From an uncultured Gemmatimonadales bacterium (GTDB lineage: Bacteria; Gemmatimonadota; Gemmatimonadetes; Gemmatimonadales; GWC2-71-9): DNA of 64,000 bases. This document shows, piece after piece, positions 11,004-21,336 of the stretch. The notes beneath the pieces are model-generated. The model was not told where the DNA came from, searched no databases, and was given only the letters and a program-made list of their open reading frames with translations. A program made the translations under genes and the position numbers. The first letter of the stretch is position 1, and the number at the start of each line of letters is the position of its first letter. Where the stretch lies: positions 256,001 through 320,000 of the forward strand of contig CAVSQW010000015.1 of assembly GCA_963730185.1 (NCBI GenBank), read 5' to 3'.

Positions 11004-13154
11004 GTGATCAACCTCACAACTCGAGTGGCTGGACGCTCGCTTCGGATCGCCCTCGGTGGGCTGACCGCGATGGTGGCATTGCCGCCGGCGCGGGGAGCGG
11101 CCCAGACCGTCGACGATCGTCTGGCCGTCGAGGCGTTCCGCGACTCGATCGCCAGCGCGCCCGACACCGCCGAGCTCCGGGGCCTCGAGTCCCGCCTGAT
11201 GCTGGCCGCCAAGCGTGACCGCGCCAATCCGCGGGTCCACCTCTCGCTCGGCTACCTCGCCCTCCAGCTGGGCAATCCGACCGACGCGGTCGCCGAGTTC
11301 AAGTGGGCCACCGAGCTGGCGCCGAAATGGCCGCTCGCGTGGTTCGCCTTGGGCCAGGCCGAGCTGCGTCTGGGCGACGAGGTGACCAGCGCGGCCACCC
11401 CCCGCCAGCTCCTGGTGGCCCGCGACGCCTGGCCCCGGGCGGCCAGCGCCTTCGCCCGGGCCGCCCTGGTCGACACCGGCTACGTCACGGTCGCCATCGG
11501 CGAAGCGAGGCGGGCGCTCCGCGAGGGCCGCCCCGGCTGGGCCGGCGTCCTTCGCGACGGATTGCAGGAGGCCGCCGCCGGCCGAAACGCCCGCTCGGTG
11601 ACGCTGGTCCTGGGCCTCGGCCGGATCCGTCGCCTGGTGGGCGACACCGCCGGCGCGCTCGCCGCGTTCGAGTCGCTGACCTCGCTCAAGGACGGGCGCG
11701 GCCTCGGCCTCCTGGAGCTGGCTCGCACCCGGCTCGCGGCTGGCGACGACCGCGGAATCGAGACCTACTTCGCGGCCGCCGACGAGAACGACTCCGCCAC
11801 CGTCGCCGCCATTCGGCGCGATCTGGCCTGGATCGCCTCGCCCGACGAACTGGCCGCCTACGACGCGAGCCGCGGATCTGGCCGGGCGCAGATGCTCTGG
11901 GATTTCTGGACCGGCCGGGATCGGGACGACCTCCGCCGGAACGGGGCCCGCCTGGCCGAGCACTACCGGCGGCTCGCGGTGCGAGTCGATCGGTATCCGG
12001 ACCCCCGAGACGAGCGGGGCAAGGTGTTCGTCCGCCAGGGCGACCCGGACACCCGGGCCACGCTCCGCGCGCCCGACCTGCCGCCCAACGAGTCCTGGTG
12101 GTACCGCCGACCCGAGGGCGACTTCGTGGTCCATTTCGTCGCCCGCCAGGATAGCACCGAATTTACCCTGATCGAGAGCCTCTTCGATCTGCTGGGCGGT
12201 GGTCTGAGCGGGTCGGTCTCCGGCGCCGGTGACGAGGCCGGGCCCCCCGCGGCGGTCGACGCCGATCGGTTGTTGCGCTCGCGCGCGGCTCTGTCGCCCT
12301 TCTACGAAGCGGCCGTGGCCGGCCGGCGGGAGCAGCTGGTCGAGTTCCGGACCCGGGAACGGCGGCTCGGCCGGGAAGGGATGCGCCTGGCGCTCACCAC
12401 CGATCGGTACCCGCTCCGCTTCGACCGCGACCTGGCGGCCCGGGTCCGGATCGCCTCCACCTACGAGCCGGGGGCGGCCTCCGAGGTCAGGGTCTTCTTC
12501 GCGGTGCCCGGCTTCGCGATTGCCGATTCGGACAGCGCTCGGGCCGAATACCCGATCCGGGTGCGGATCGACGCCCGCGATACCGTGGCCGACGTCGACC
12601 GGGCGCTCGATACGACCGTCACGGTCCGTCATCCGGGTCCGCTCGGGCAGGACGATGTCCTGGCCGGTTCCGTGGCCCTGCCCCTCCCCCCCGGCACCTA
12701 CGACGTCAGGACCGCGCTCGGCTATCGCGACTTGGCCGGGACGCTCCAGTCGCGGTCGGCGGTCGACCTCCCCGGCCGAGAGGCCGGCGTGCTCGCCTTC
12801 TACGATCTCCTGGTGGCCGGTGACGACCCCGACGCCGCCTTCGTCCGGAGCGACACCCTGGTGCTGTATTCGTCTCTGGCCGGGCTCCGGTCGTCCGGCC
12901 ACGGGCGAGCGCGGGTTCTGGTGCGGCCGGTCACCGGACCCGACGAGAAGAAACCTGATTGGAAGGGCTTTCCAGGGTGGTCGGGCTGGATGGACCTGAC
13001 CTTGGAGCCGGACGAGGCCGGAGTGACGCCGGTGCGGCTCGAGCTGCCGCTCCGGCGCTTGGATCGAGGGGCCTGGGACCTGGAGCTGGTGGTGGTCGAC
13101 GGCGCGGGGCGGACGGCCAGGCGGCGGGCGCGGGTGGTGGTGGAGGACCGATAG
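11004..13154 (+). CDS. Exported TPR + GWxTD-like domain protein (start 11004 or 11025 uncertain)
   Basis: Signal-peptide-like N-terminus ending AAQ; TPR-like helices; FW..RD...R..EHYRRL...DERGKVFVRQGDP...NESWWY resembles the GWxTD domain core; beta-rich C-terminus. Confidence 0.7.
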   Translation: MINLTTRVAGRSLRIALGGLTAMVALPPARGAAQTVDDRLAVEAFRDSIASAPDTAELRGLESRLMLAAKRDRANPRVHLSLGYLALQLGNPTDAVAEFKWATELAPKWPLAWFALGQAELRLGDEVTSAATPRQLLVARDAWPRAASAFARAALVDTGYVTVAIGEARRALREGRPGWAGVLRDGLQEAAAGRNARSVTLVLGLGRIRRLVGDTAGALAAFESLTSLKDGRGLGLLELARTRLAAGDDRGIETYFAAADENDSATVAAIRRDLAWIASPDELAAYDASRGSGRAQMLWDFWTGRDRDDLRRNGARLAEHYRRLAVRVDRYPDPRDERGKVFVRQGDPDTRATLRAPDLPPNESWWYRRPEGDFVVHFVARQDSTEFTLIESLFDLLGGGLSGSVSGAGDEAGPPAAVDADRLLRSRAALSPFYEAAVAGRREQLVEFRTRERRLGREGMRLALTTDRYPLRFDRDLAARVRIASTYEPGAASEVRVFFAVPGFAIADSDSARAEYPIRVRIDARDTVADVDRALDTTVTVRHPGPLGQDDVLAGSVALPLPPGTYDVRTALGYRDLAGTLQSRSAVDLPGREAGVLAFYDLLVAGDDPDAAFVRSDTLVLYSSLAGLRSSGHGRARVLVRPVTGPDEKKPDWKGFPGWSGWMDLTLEPDEAGVTPVRLELPLRRLDRGAWDLELVVVDGAGRTARRRARVVVEDR

Positions 13155-13288
13155 CGGGCGGTCGTGGGACACCGTCGTGGGGTAACTGAAACGCTTTTGT
13201 GATGTGCAAACCGGTTGCTCCCGTCGTTACTTGAGTTTGCGCCGTATTGTCTCCCATCCTCGAACCTTCTAGCTTGCACCTCCCGCCG

Positions 13289-13305
13289 CCGAACACGGTG
13301 TTCGG
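13289..13305. promoter_or_regulatory. Perfect inverted repeat upstream of nrdJ (candidate operator)
   Basis: CCGAACAC-G-GTGTTCGG, about 110 bp upstream of the nrdJ ATG. Confidence 0.3.
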
Positions 13306-13412
13306 TTCGGGGATGTGACGAACCCGAGGCTCCCCGCCGACGGCTCGTCGCAGTTGGCGAGATCAGTCGTTCTAATTTTCACAACCTGCACGCCGTCGAA
13401 GGGTGTCCTCCC

Positions 13413-15994
13413 ATGGGTTCTGCCGCGCCACGGGTTCCGCTGCAACTGTCGCCGAACGCGATCACCGTCCTCGAAAAGCGCTATTTGGTTCGAGACGAAG
13501 CCGGGAAGCCGACGGAGCAGGCGGAAGACCTGTTCTGGCGCGTGGCCCGCACGATCGCGGCGGCCGACCGGGGCTACGGCGCTTCCGAGGGCGCGGTCGA
13601 GACCCTGGCCGAGGCCTTCTTCGAGCTGATGGCTAAGCGGCTCTTCATGCCCAACTCCCCGACCCTGATGAACGCGGGTCGGCCCCTCGGCCAGCTCTCG
13701 GCCTGCTTCGTCCTTCCGGTCGACGATGCCCTGTCCAACGGCCGGAGCGGGATCTACGACACCCTCACCGCCATGGCCTTGGTCCATCAATCGGGCGGGG
13801 GCACCGGCTTCAGCTTCTCCAAGCTCCGGCCCAAGAACGACATCGTCCGCTCGACCATGGGAGTGGCGTCGGGGCCGGTCAGCTTCATGTCGCTCTTCGA
13901 CGCCTCCACCGACGTCGTCAAGCAGGGCGGCACCCGCCGCGGCGCCAACATGGGGATCCTTCGGGTCGACCATCCCGACATTCTCGACTTCATCGGCTGC
14001 AAGGACGACACCACCAAGGTCACCAATTTCAACATCTCGGTGGCGGTGACCGATGCGTTCATGCGGGCGGTCGAGCACGACGAGGAGTACGAGGTCTTCC
14101 ATCCGAACTCCGGCGAGCCGGTTGGCCGGCTCCGCGCCCGCGAGGTCTGGCAGAGGATCATCCATGGTGCCTGGAAGACGGGCGAGCCGGGCGTGTTCTT
14201 CATCGACCGGGCCAACTACTTCAATCCGGTGCCGCACCTCGGCACCTACGAGGCCACCAACCCGTGCGGGGAGCAACCGCTCCTTCCGTACGACGTCTGC
14301 AACCTCGGCTCGATCAACCTCGGCGCCTTCGTCAAGGACGGCGATCTCGACTGGGCCCAGCTCCGGCGGGTGGTGCACCTCACCACCCACTTCCTGGAGA
14401 ACGTGATCGACGCCAATCACTATCCGCTGGCCGAGATCACCGCGCTGGCTCAGAAGATCCGGCGGATCGGTCTCGGCGTCATGGGCCTGGCCGACGTCTT
14501 CGTCCGCCTGGGCATCGCCTACGACTCCGTCGAGGCGGTGGAGCTGGGACGGAAGATCCAGCGTTTCATCGACCACGAGGCGAAGGTCGAGTCCGAGCGG
14601 CTGGCCGGCGTCCGCGGCGCGTTCCCGGAATGGGAGCGGAGCATCTGGGGACCGGACACCACCTGCGCCCGCGATCAGGACGGCAAGCGGGTCCGCCCGA
14701 TGCGCCGGCTCCGGAACTGCAACGTCACCACCGTCGCGCCCGACCGGAACCATCTCGATCATCGCCGGGTGCAGCTCCGGGATCGAGCCGGTCTTCGCGG
14801 TGGCGTTCATGCGGAATCAGGCCGGCGTGCTGATGCCCGACGTCAACGAAGACTTCGTGGCCATCGCCAAGCGGGAAGGCTGGTACTCCGAGGACCTGAT
14901 GCGCCGGGTGGCCGAGAGCGGCCATGCCCGCCATCCCGAGGTGCCCGAGAAGTGGCAGCGGGTGTTCGTGACCGCCAACGAGATCGCGGCGGAATGGCAC
15001 GTCCGGATGCAGGCCGCGTTCCAGGAGTACAACGACAGCGCCATCTCCAAGACGGTCAATTTCGCGAACACCGCGACCGAAGACGACGTCGAGAAGATCT
15101 ACCGGATCGCGTACGAGCTCGGCTGCAAGGGCGTGACCGTCTACCGTGACGGCAGCCGCGACATGCAGGTGCTCTCCGCCGGCTCCACCGCCAAGAAGGT
15201 GCAGGCGGCGGCCACCAAGTCCGGGAAGGCCGCAGGCCCGCGGAGACCTGGCGTCGGTCATGGTCACCGCCGAACAGCCCGCCGCCACCGCCGCTCAGAT
15301 CCTCGGTGCCCGGCCCGAGCCCCGCGAAGAGAGCGCGGACCTCCACGGCGAGATCGCCGAGCTCCGGGCCGAGAACGACCGGCTCCGGAAGCTGGTGCAC
15401 GATCTCGAGTCCGAAAACCTCCAGCGCCGGCAGAAGCGCTCCCGGCCCGAGCTCCTCAAGGGCTCGACCCGCCGGGTCGAGACGCCCCTCGGCTCCCTCT
15501 ACATCACCATCACCGAGGACGATCTCGGCCAGCCCTTCGAGGTGTTCATGAGCCTCGGGAAGGCCGGCGGCGCCCTGATGGCCGACGTCGAAGCCATCGG
15601 CCGGCTCATCTCGCTGAGTCTCCGCTCGGGCATCCCCATCAAGGAGATCTACCGGCAGATCCGCGGCATCAGCTCCGACCGCGCCATCGGCCTCGGCCCG
15701 GGCAAGGTGCTCTCGGTGCCGGACGCCGTGGGCATCGCGCTCGAGCGCTGGATGCAGGAGAAGCAGGGCATCCAGCAGGAGTTGCTCCCGGGCGCTCCCG
15801 GCCTGGCCGGGGCGACGCCCGACGTCTCCGAGGTGCCGACCCCGGTCCGGGCCGTCGTCGACGAGGCACAGCAGATGATGCTCGGCGGGATGCAGCAGAC
15901 CCTGGCCGGCTCCTGCCCCGACTGCGACTCGCAGCTCGAGTACGCCGAGGGGTGCGCCAAGTGCCACGTCTGCGGCTACAGCGAATGCGGATGA
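13413..15994 (+). CDS. nrdJ: Class II (adenosylcobalamin-dependent) ribonucleotide reductase with C-terminal TSCPD-like and Zn-ribbon domains; two apparent frameshifts (about 14740 and 15230)
   Basis: PNSPTLMNAG, LSACFV, GGGTG, QGGTRRGANM, TNPCGEQPL, CNLGS, RRIGLG; removing one C from CCC 14739-14741 restores TTVAPTGTISIIAGCSSGIEP; then ISKTVN, KGVTVYRDGSR; a third frame gives ETPLGSLYIT...CPDC...CAKCHVCGYSEC. Confidence 0.9.
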
Positions 15995-16037
15995 GCTAAG
16001 GGCCCCGAGCCGAGCGATCGGCCTCGAACGACCCTCG

Positions 16038-16075
16038 ACCGCCCGCGGACACGACATCCGCGGGCGGTTTGCTTT
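16038..16075 (+). terminator. Intrinsic terminator after nrdJ
   Basis: 12-bp stem ACCGCCCGCGGA / TCCGCGGGCGGT followed by TTGCTTT. Confidence 0.7.
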
Positions 16076-16161
16076 CCAGAAGGCCCAGGGTTTTTCCCAG
16101 CTTGTTCTCGCCGCGACGGGGCCCGAGCTTTCCCTGGTCTTCTCTTTACGGAACGGTCCCT

Positions 16162-17940
16162 ATGGGTGTCTCCTCTTCCCGGGACGGGTTCACCGTCACC
16201 GCCCACCCTGGCCAGCGCTCCGTCCTCCTCGCGTTCGACCTCGACCAGGCCCAGCCGGCGCTCCGGATCGGTCTGGCCGGGTTCGCGATCCGCTGCCGGG
16301 TGGAGGGCGCCCAACCCACCGAGTTCTGGCTCCAGAACCTGCTGGCCTTCGACCTCCCGCCCAAACTGGACGGCACCTACCAGCAGCGATTCACCGATTC
16401 GAACCGGGCGCCGTTCCAGCTCTTCCACTGGAGTCACTTCCCATGGGAGAGTGAAGGCCGGTTCACCTATACCGTCAGCCCGATCTACTTCGTCGCGGGC
16501 AAGGCCCCGACGGCCGCCGGCGGGCTCCGGGCCGACGCCGCCCACGCGGTCTCGGTCACGGTGGAGGTGGAGCGGCGGCCTCACCCGGCGATGGAGGTGG
16601 CGTTCACCCGCGGCATCATGGCCTCGCAGGCCTTCGTCAGGAAGTTCGCCGATCCGTCCCTGCGCCCGGCCGAGCGCGCCGACTATCCCGATTACCCGCT
16701 CTTCGACGTCCAGCCGTACCTGGCGAAGTACCGCTGGCTGGGCGTTCGGGCTCGGGAGCTCGTCTTCGAGTTCCTGGCCCGGGCGGCCGACCCGACCACC
16801 ACCCTCGACGTCTTCGCCTACGATCTCGACGAGCCCGACGTAATCCGCGCCTTGGAGTCGGTCGGGCCCCGGCTCCGACTGATCGTCGACAACTCGACCA
16901 GCAAAGCCACGGACGGCACCAGGCGGGGGCACGGCGCCACCGACTCCGCCGAGACGCTCGGCGCCGGGCGCTGCAAGGCCGCGGGGGCCAAGGTCAAGCG
17001 ACTGCACTTCGGTCGGCTCCAGCACAACAAGGTCATGGTCCTCCGTCGAGGCGGCGTCCCGATCGCCGCGCTGACCGGGTCGGCCAACTTCTCGATCCGG
17101 GGCCTCTACGCCCAAGCCAACCACGTCATCACTTTCGACGATGCCGCGGTGGCCGGGTGGTACGGTGCCGCGTTCGATCAGGCCTGGACCAAGGCCGGCA
17201 AGTTCCGGTCGTCGGCCATCGCGATCGACTGGATGGGTCTGCCGGTTCCGGTGGCGAGCCTCCCGGAGATCCGGGTCAGCTACGCGCCTCACGTCAAACC
17301 GCCGTTCTCGATCGCCGCGGTAGCCCAGGCACTCCTCCGGGCGACGGACTCGGTGCTCTTCTCGGTGATGGATCCCAAAGGCGGCGGTGACGCGCTCTCG
17401 GTGCTCCGGAAGGACCTGGTGGACCGGGACCGTTTCCTGCTCATGGGCACGACGGAGAATCGTGGTGGCGTGGCGGCTTTCGGCGGGACCCAGACGGACG
17501 ACACGGACATCGTGCCCTTCGACTACCTGAACCGCGACATCCCCGCACCGTTCAACGAGGAGGTTTCCGGGCGAGAGAACGGTGCCGGGCTCCACATCCA
17601 TCACAAGTTCGTGGTGGCTGACTTCAACGGGGCCGATCCGGTGGTGTACTGCGGCTCCTCCAACCTGGCCGAAGGGGGCGAGACCTCCAACGGCGACAAT
17701 CTCATCGAGCTTCGCGACCGCCCGCTCGCCGCCGCGTTCGCGATCGAGGCGATCCAACTCTACGATCACTATCGCTTCCGGGCCCGGTGGCGGGAGGGGG
17801 CGGAGGGTGTCGCCGGTGCCGCGCCTCAGCCGTCGTCGCTGACCCTGGCGACCGACGACGGCTGGGTCGCGCCGAACTACGATCCCGCTCGGATCAAGAG
17901 CCTCCAGCGGGAGCGCTACGTCCTATCGGGGCCCGCCTGA
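16162..17940 (+). CDS. Phospholipase D superfamily protein with two HxK motifs
   Basis: QHNKVMVL...TGSANFS and IHHKFVVAD...CGSSNL; no obvious signal peptide. Confidence 0.85.
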   Translation: MGVSSSRDGFTVTAHPGQRSVLLAFDLDQAQPALRIGLAGFAIRCRVEGAQPTEFWLQNLLAFDLPPKLDGTYQQRFTDSNRAPFQLFHWSHFPWESEGRFTYTVSPIYFVAGKAPTAAGGLRADAAHAVSVTVEVERRPHPAMEVAFTRGIMASQAFVRKFADPSLRPAERADYPDYPLFDVQPYLAKYRWLGVRARELVFEFLARAADPTTTLDVFAYDLDEPDVIRALESVGPRLRLIVDNSTSKATDGTRRGHGATDSAETLGAGRCKAAGAKVKRLHFGRLQHNKVMVLRRGGVPIAALTGSANFSIRGLYAQANHVITFDDAAVAGWYGAAFDQAWTKAGKFRSSAIAIDWMGLPVPVASLPEIRVSYAPHVKPPFSIAAVAQALLRATDSVLFSVMDPKGGGDALSVLRKDLVDRDRFLLMGTTENRGGVAAFGGTQTDDTDIVPFDYLNRDIPAPFNEEVSGRENGAGLHIHHKFVVADFNGADPVVYCGSSNLAEGGETSNGDNLIELRDRPLAAAFAIEAIQLYDHYRFRARWREGAEGVAGAAPQPSSLTLATDDGWVAPNYDPARIKSLQRERYVLSGPA

Positions 17941-18001
17941 GCGCACCAATCGGGTCGGCGGCACCGTTCCTGCACGCCACTCGATGGTTCGGGAGGCCGC
18001 G

Positions 18002-19072
18002 ATGACGAGAGTGGTTCTGTGGTCGATGGCGATCTGCCTGGTGGCCGGGTGCGGGAATGGAGGAACCGCTCCGGATCCCGGCGCCGGTTCCGAGACCCGC
18101 GGCTTCCACCTCGGCTTCTCCGCCGTCCCGCCCCGTCCCGATCAGGCCGCGGTGCTCCAGGGCCTCGATCTTTGGACCCGGCGCGCCGATCTCGCCATCG
18201 TGCATGAAGAGCTGCCCTGGACCGATCTGGTCGCCGGGGTGCCGCCCGACACCATCCTGGCCCGTGAGAAGGATGGGCTGATCGACTACTACCGCGGCAA
18301 GGGTCTCGGCCTGGTGTTCGTCGCCGACGGGACCGACGGCCTGGCCCGCGACCAGGAGGCGCCTCAGCTCCGAGCCCTGGGGCGGAGCATCACCGAGCCG
18401 GCCATCCGCGACCTCTATCGTGCCTACGTCTCGGCTTTCGTCCATCGCTACCATCCGGACTACGTCGGGCTCGCGGCGGAGACCAACCTGACCCGGGCCG
18501 TCGGGTCGACCGCCTTGTACCAGGGCCTGGTGACCGCGGCCAACGCGGCCGCCAGCGATCTGCTCGCCGATCCGGCTCATCCCCCGCTCTTCGTGAGCGT
18601 GCAGGTCGAGGTGGCCTGGGGCAAGCTGGTCGGCTCGAGCGGTTTCGTCGGGGTGGAGCAGGACCTGGTCGACTTCCCCTTCGTCCAGATGCTGGGGCTC
18701 TCGTCCTACCCGTACTTCGCCTGGCCCGCGCCGGCGGATCTGCCCGACGACTACTACGCCCGGCTGGTGGCGGGTCGGAGTCTGCCGGTCATGGTGGTCG
18801 AGGGCGGCTGGGCCAGCAGCTTGCCCGGGACGGGGTTCACGACCGCGACCCAGGCGGCCTACCTCCGGCGCCAGGCCGAGCTCCTCGATCGGGTCAACGG
18901 GTTAGGGCTGATCCAACTCACCTTCACCGACCTCGACCTGACCACCTATCCGGCCGAGGTGCAGGTCTCCCTCGGGCCGTTCGCCCATCTGGGCCTCGTG
19001 GACGCCCAATTCCGGCCCAAGCCCGCCCTCCAAGTCTGGGACAGCCTCTTCGCTCTGCCCCTGTCACGGTAG
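18002..19072 (+). CDS. Lipoprotein, putative glycoside-hydrolase-like TIM barrel
   Basis: Lipobox LVAGC; AAETN, GLSSYP and VMVVEGGW segments resemble clan GH-A acid/base and nucleophile glutamates. Confidence 0.6.
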   Translation: MTRVVLWSMAICLVAGCGNGGTAPDPGAGSETRGFHLGFSAVPPRPDQAAVLQGLDLWTRRADLAIVHEELPWTDLVAGVPPDTILAREKDGLIDYYRGKGLGLVFVADGTDGLARDQEAPQLRALGRSITEPAIRDLYRAYVSAFVHRYHPDYVGLAAETNLTRAVGSTALYQGLVTAANAAASDLLADPAHPPLFVSVQVEVAWGKLVGSSGFVGVEQDLVDFPFVQMLGLSSYPYFAWPAPADLPDDYYARLVAGRSLPVMVVEGGWASSLPGTGFTTATQAAYLRRQAELLDRVNGLGLIQLTFTDLDLTTYPAEVQVSLGPFAHLGLVDAQFRPKPALQVWDSLFALPLSR

Positions 19073-19266
19073 CACTTCGCCAGACGCCGCGCCCGGGGGC
19101 CGGTGCCCGCTCCGGCAGGTTTCGCCGGGATGGTCTCGTATCCCATTGGGGTGCAACCGGTTGCGCACCTGGCTCCGGTCCCGGCCAGGCTGGCGCGGAT
19201 TCTGCCACCGATAGGGCCGGTTATGCCTATTCCTGGCAGCAGGTTACGATCTCGATCGAGGGTCCG

Positions 19267-21336
19267 GTGACGAGTTCCGTGGCGTCCGAGACCACCTCGA
19301 TGGTGCCGCCGGCGGTCGTCGGGTTCCTGACCCGTCTCGCCGTGGCGCTTCACAAGATGCGCGCCTATCCGCCGGGGCATCCGATGCGTCAGGCCGCGAT
19401 CGAGCTCGCGCACGCCGAGCTCCGGACCGCGCTGGTGGGGCGGGACGGCCTCCGGGTCGCGGTGGCTCGACGCCAGCTGCTGGTGGACGGCCGGCCCACC
19501 GACCCCGCCCACTTCGTGCTGCGTGACCTCGCCTCCCGGCTCCATCGCCTCCAGGTCGGCGCGATCACCTTCCGCCCCGCGGTCGAGGTCGACGAGCTCG
19601 CCACCGCGCTCCAGCAGCTGGTGACCGACCCCGGCCGCGGCGAGGAGCGGGAACCGCGGACCTTCACGAGCTCGCGCCACGTCGAGCTCCTGCCGATGTC
19701 CTTCCGGGCCCTGTCGCTCGACCGCGCGTCGGGTGGCCAGGCTACCTCCGACGGCGACGAGGCTGTCGAGCGGCTCTGGCGGGACCTGGCGTCGCTCGCG
19801 CTCGAGGGCGGCGGCGACCCGAACGCGCCGAGCGGGTCGACCGGCGGCGAGGGCGGCGCGGGTCTCCTGGTGGCGCCGCGGCCGCTGGCCCGAGCGCTGC
19901 TCGAGCGGATCCGCGCCGGCGACGTCCCGCCGCCCGAGTTGGGGCAAACCATCGAACGGCTCGGTCGCCTCCGCGGCTCGGTCGACGGCCCGGTAGGGGA
20001 GGCGGTCGAGCTTCGGCTCCGCGACCTGCTCTCGACCCTGCCCCCCGACGCGCTCTCGACCCTGCTCTCGCTCCGGTTCGACACCGAGGACGGCCTCCAC
20101 CGATTCGCCGACGCGACCGAGTGGCTGCCGGCCACGGCGCTCCTCGACCTGGTGGAGGCGGTCGCCAAGGCGCAGAAGCACGACATCTCGACCTTCCTGG
20201 TCCGGCTGCTTCGGAAGCTGGGCGGCCAAGGGGCGGGGCCGAGCGGGCCGCGTCGGGAGGGCCCCGACTTCCGGGGCGTGATCCGACAGCTGGTCGACGG
20301 CTGGTCCCTCGAGTCGCCGAACCCGGCCGCGCACACCCGGATCCTCGATCTGCTGTCGATGGAGGACCAGGGAGCCGGGGTGGAGCGCGCGGCGGGCGAG
20401 GGGATCCGCCTGGTCCAGATGGCGCTCGAAACGGGCGCCGTGGGCGATCAGGTGACCGAGGGGGTGGAGCTGGTGGTCGAGGCCGGTGATCTCGCGCTCC
20501 TGATCCAGGCGCTGGCCGACGATCGGGCCGATCCCGCCGCCGTCGAGTCGGTCTGGCAGACGCTCACCGCCGACGGGATTCTCGAACCGGTTCTGCACGC
20601 CGCCAAGCCCGACCTGGTGTCGGTCGCGGCGCTGGTGGAGCGGGTCGGCCCGGACCGGGTGGAACGGCTGCTCGACCTGATGCTGGAGGCCGAGGACGGC
20701 GGTGTCCGGCGGCTGGTGCTGGAGCGGGTGGTGAGCTTTGGCGCCCCTGGCACGGTCGCGATTCGCCACCGGCTCGAGCGGGTCCCGCCGGCCGGACAGC
20801 GCCTCCTGCTTGGCGGGCTCGCGGAGTGTGGCCAGCTGCCGGCCGAGCTCGAGGTCCGGGAGTTCGCGTCGGCACCCGAGCCGATGGTCCGGCTGGAGGC
20901 CTTCCGGCTCATGCTGCGCCACCCGACCGTCCGTGACGAAGCGATCTATCTTGGCCTGACCGACGTCGACGATCGGGTGGTCCGGCTGGTGGTCGACGCC
21001 GGCATGGAGGGGATCCCCCGGCAGTCGCTCAGCCGGTTGATGTTGCTCCTCAGTAACCCGCGGCGGAACCCCGAGCTCCAGGCCCGAGCCGTCCCCATCC
21101 TGGCCCAGTTCGACGGACCCAGCGTCCGCCAGTGGCTCTACGACGGCATGGCGGTGCGGCGCGGCTGGTTCCGCCGGACCAAGCTCGCCCCCAAGTCGCC
21201 GCTCGTCGTCGCCAAGCTCCGCGTGATCGTGGCCCGCTGGCCCGATGCTCCCGACACCCGACGCCTGATTCGACTGGCGGAGCGCTCCGGCGATGCCGAG
21301 CTCGTCGCCGCGTGCCGTCCCGAGGAGATGCCATGA
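19267..21336 (+). CDS. Large alpha-helical (HEAT-repeat-like) protein
   Basis: Leu/Ala/Arg helical repeats (EPMVRLEAFRLM, DDRVVRLVV); N-terminal YPPGHP motif; coupled to the HD-GYP gene. Confidence 0.7.
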   Translation: MTSSVASETTSMVPPAVVGFLTRLAVALHKMRAYPPGHPMRQAAIELAHAELRTALVGRDGLRVAVARRQLLVDGRPTDPAHFVLRDLASRLHRLQVGAITFRPAVEVDELATALQQLVTDPGRGEEREPRTFTSSRHVELLPMSFRALSLDRASGGQATSDGDEAVERLWRDLASLALEGGGDPNAPSGSTGGEGGAGLLVAPRPLARALLERIRAGDVPPPELGQTIERLGRLRGSVDGPVGEAVELRLRDLLSTLPPDALSTLLSLRFDTEDGLHRFADATEWLPATALLDLVEAVAKAQKHDISTFLVRLLRKLGGQGAGPSGPRREGPDFRGVIRQLVDGWSLESPNPAAHTRILDLLSMEDQGAGVERAAGEGIRLVQMALETGAVGDQVTEGVELVVEAGDLALLIQALADDRADPAAVESVWQTLTADGILEPVLHAAKPDLVSVAALVERVGPDRVERLLDLMLEAEDGGVRRLVLERVVSFGAPGTVAIRHRLERVPPAGQRLLLGGLAECGQLPAELEVREFASAPEPMVRLEAFRLMLRHPTVRDEAIYLGLTDVDDRVVRLVVDAGMEGIPRQSLSRLMLLLSNPRRNPELQARAVPILAQFDGPSVRQWLYDGMAVRRGWFRRTKLAPKSPLVVAKLRVIVARWPDAPDTRRLIRLAERSGDAELVAACRPEEMP

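Noticed and set aside
13155..13412. Cobalamin riboswitch or NrdR boxes upstream of nrdJ
   Set aside because: No B12-box or NrdR consensus is recognisable by eye; an Infernal search would be needed to exclude them fully.
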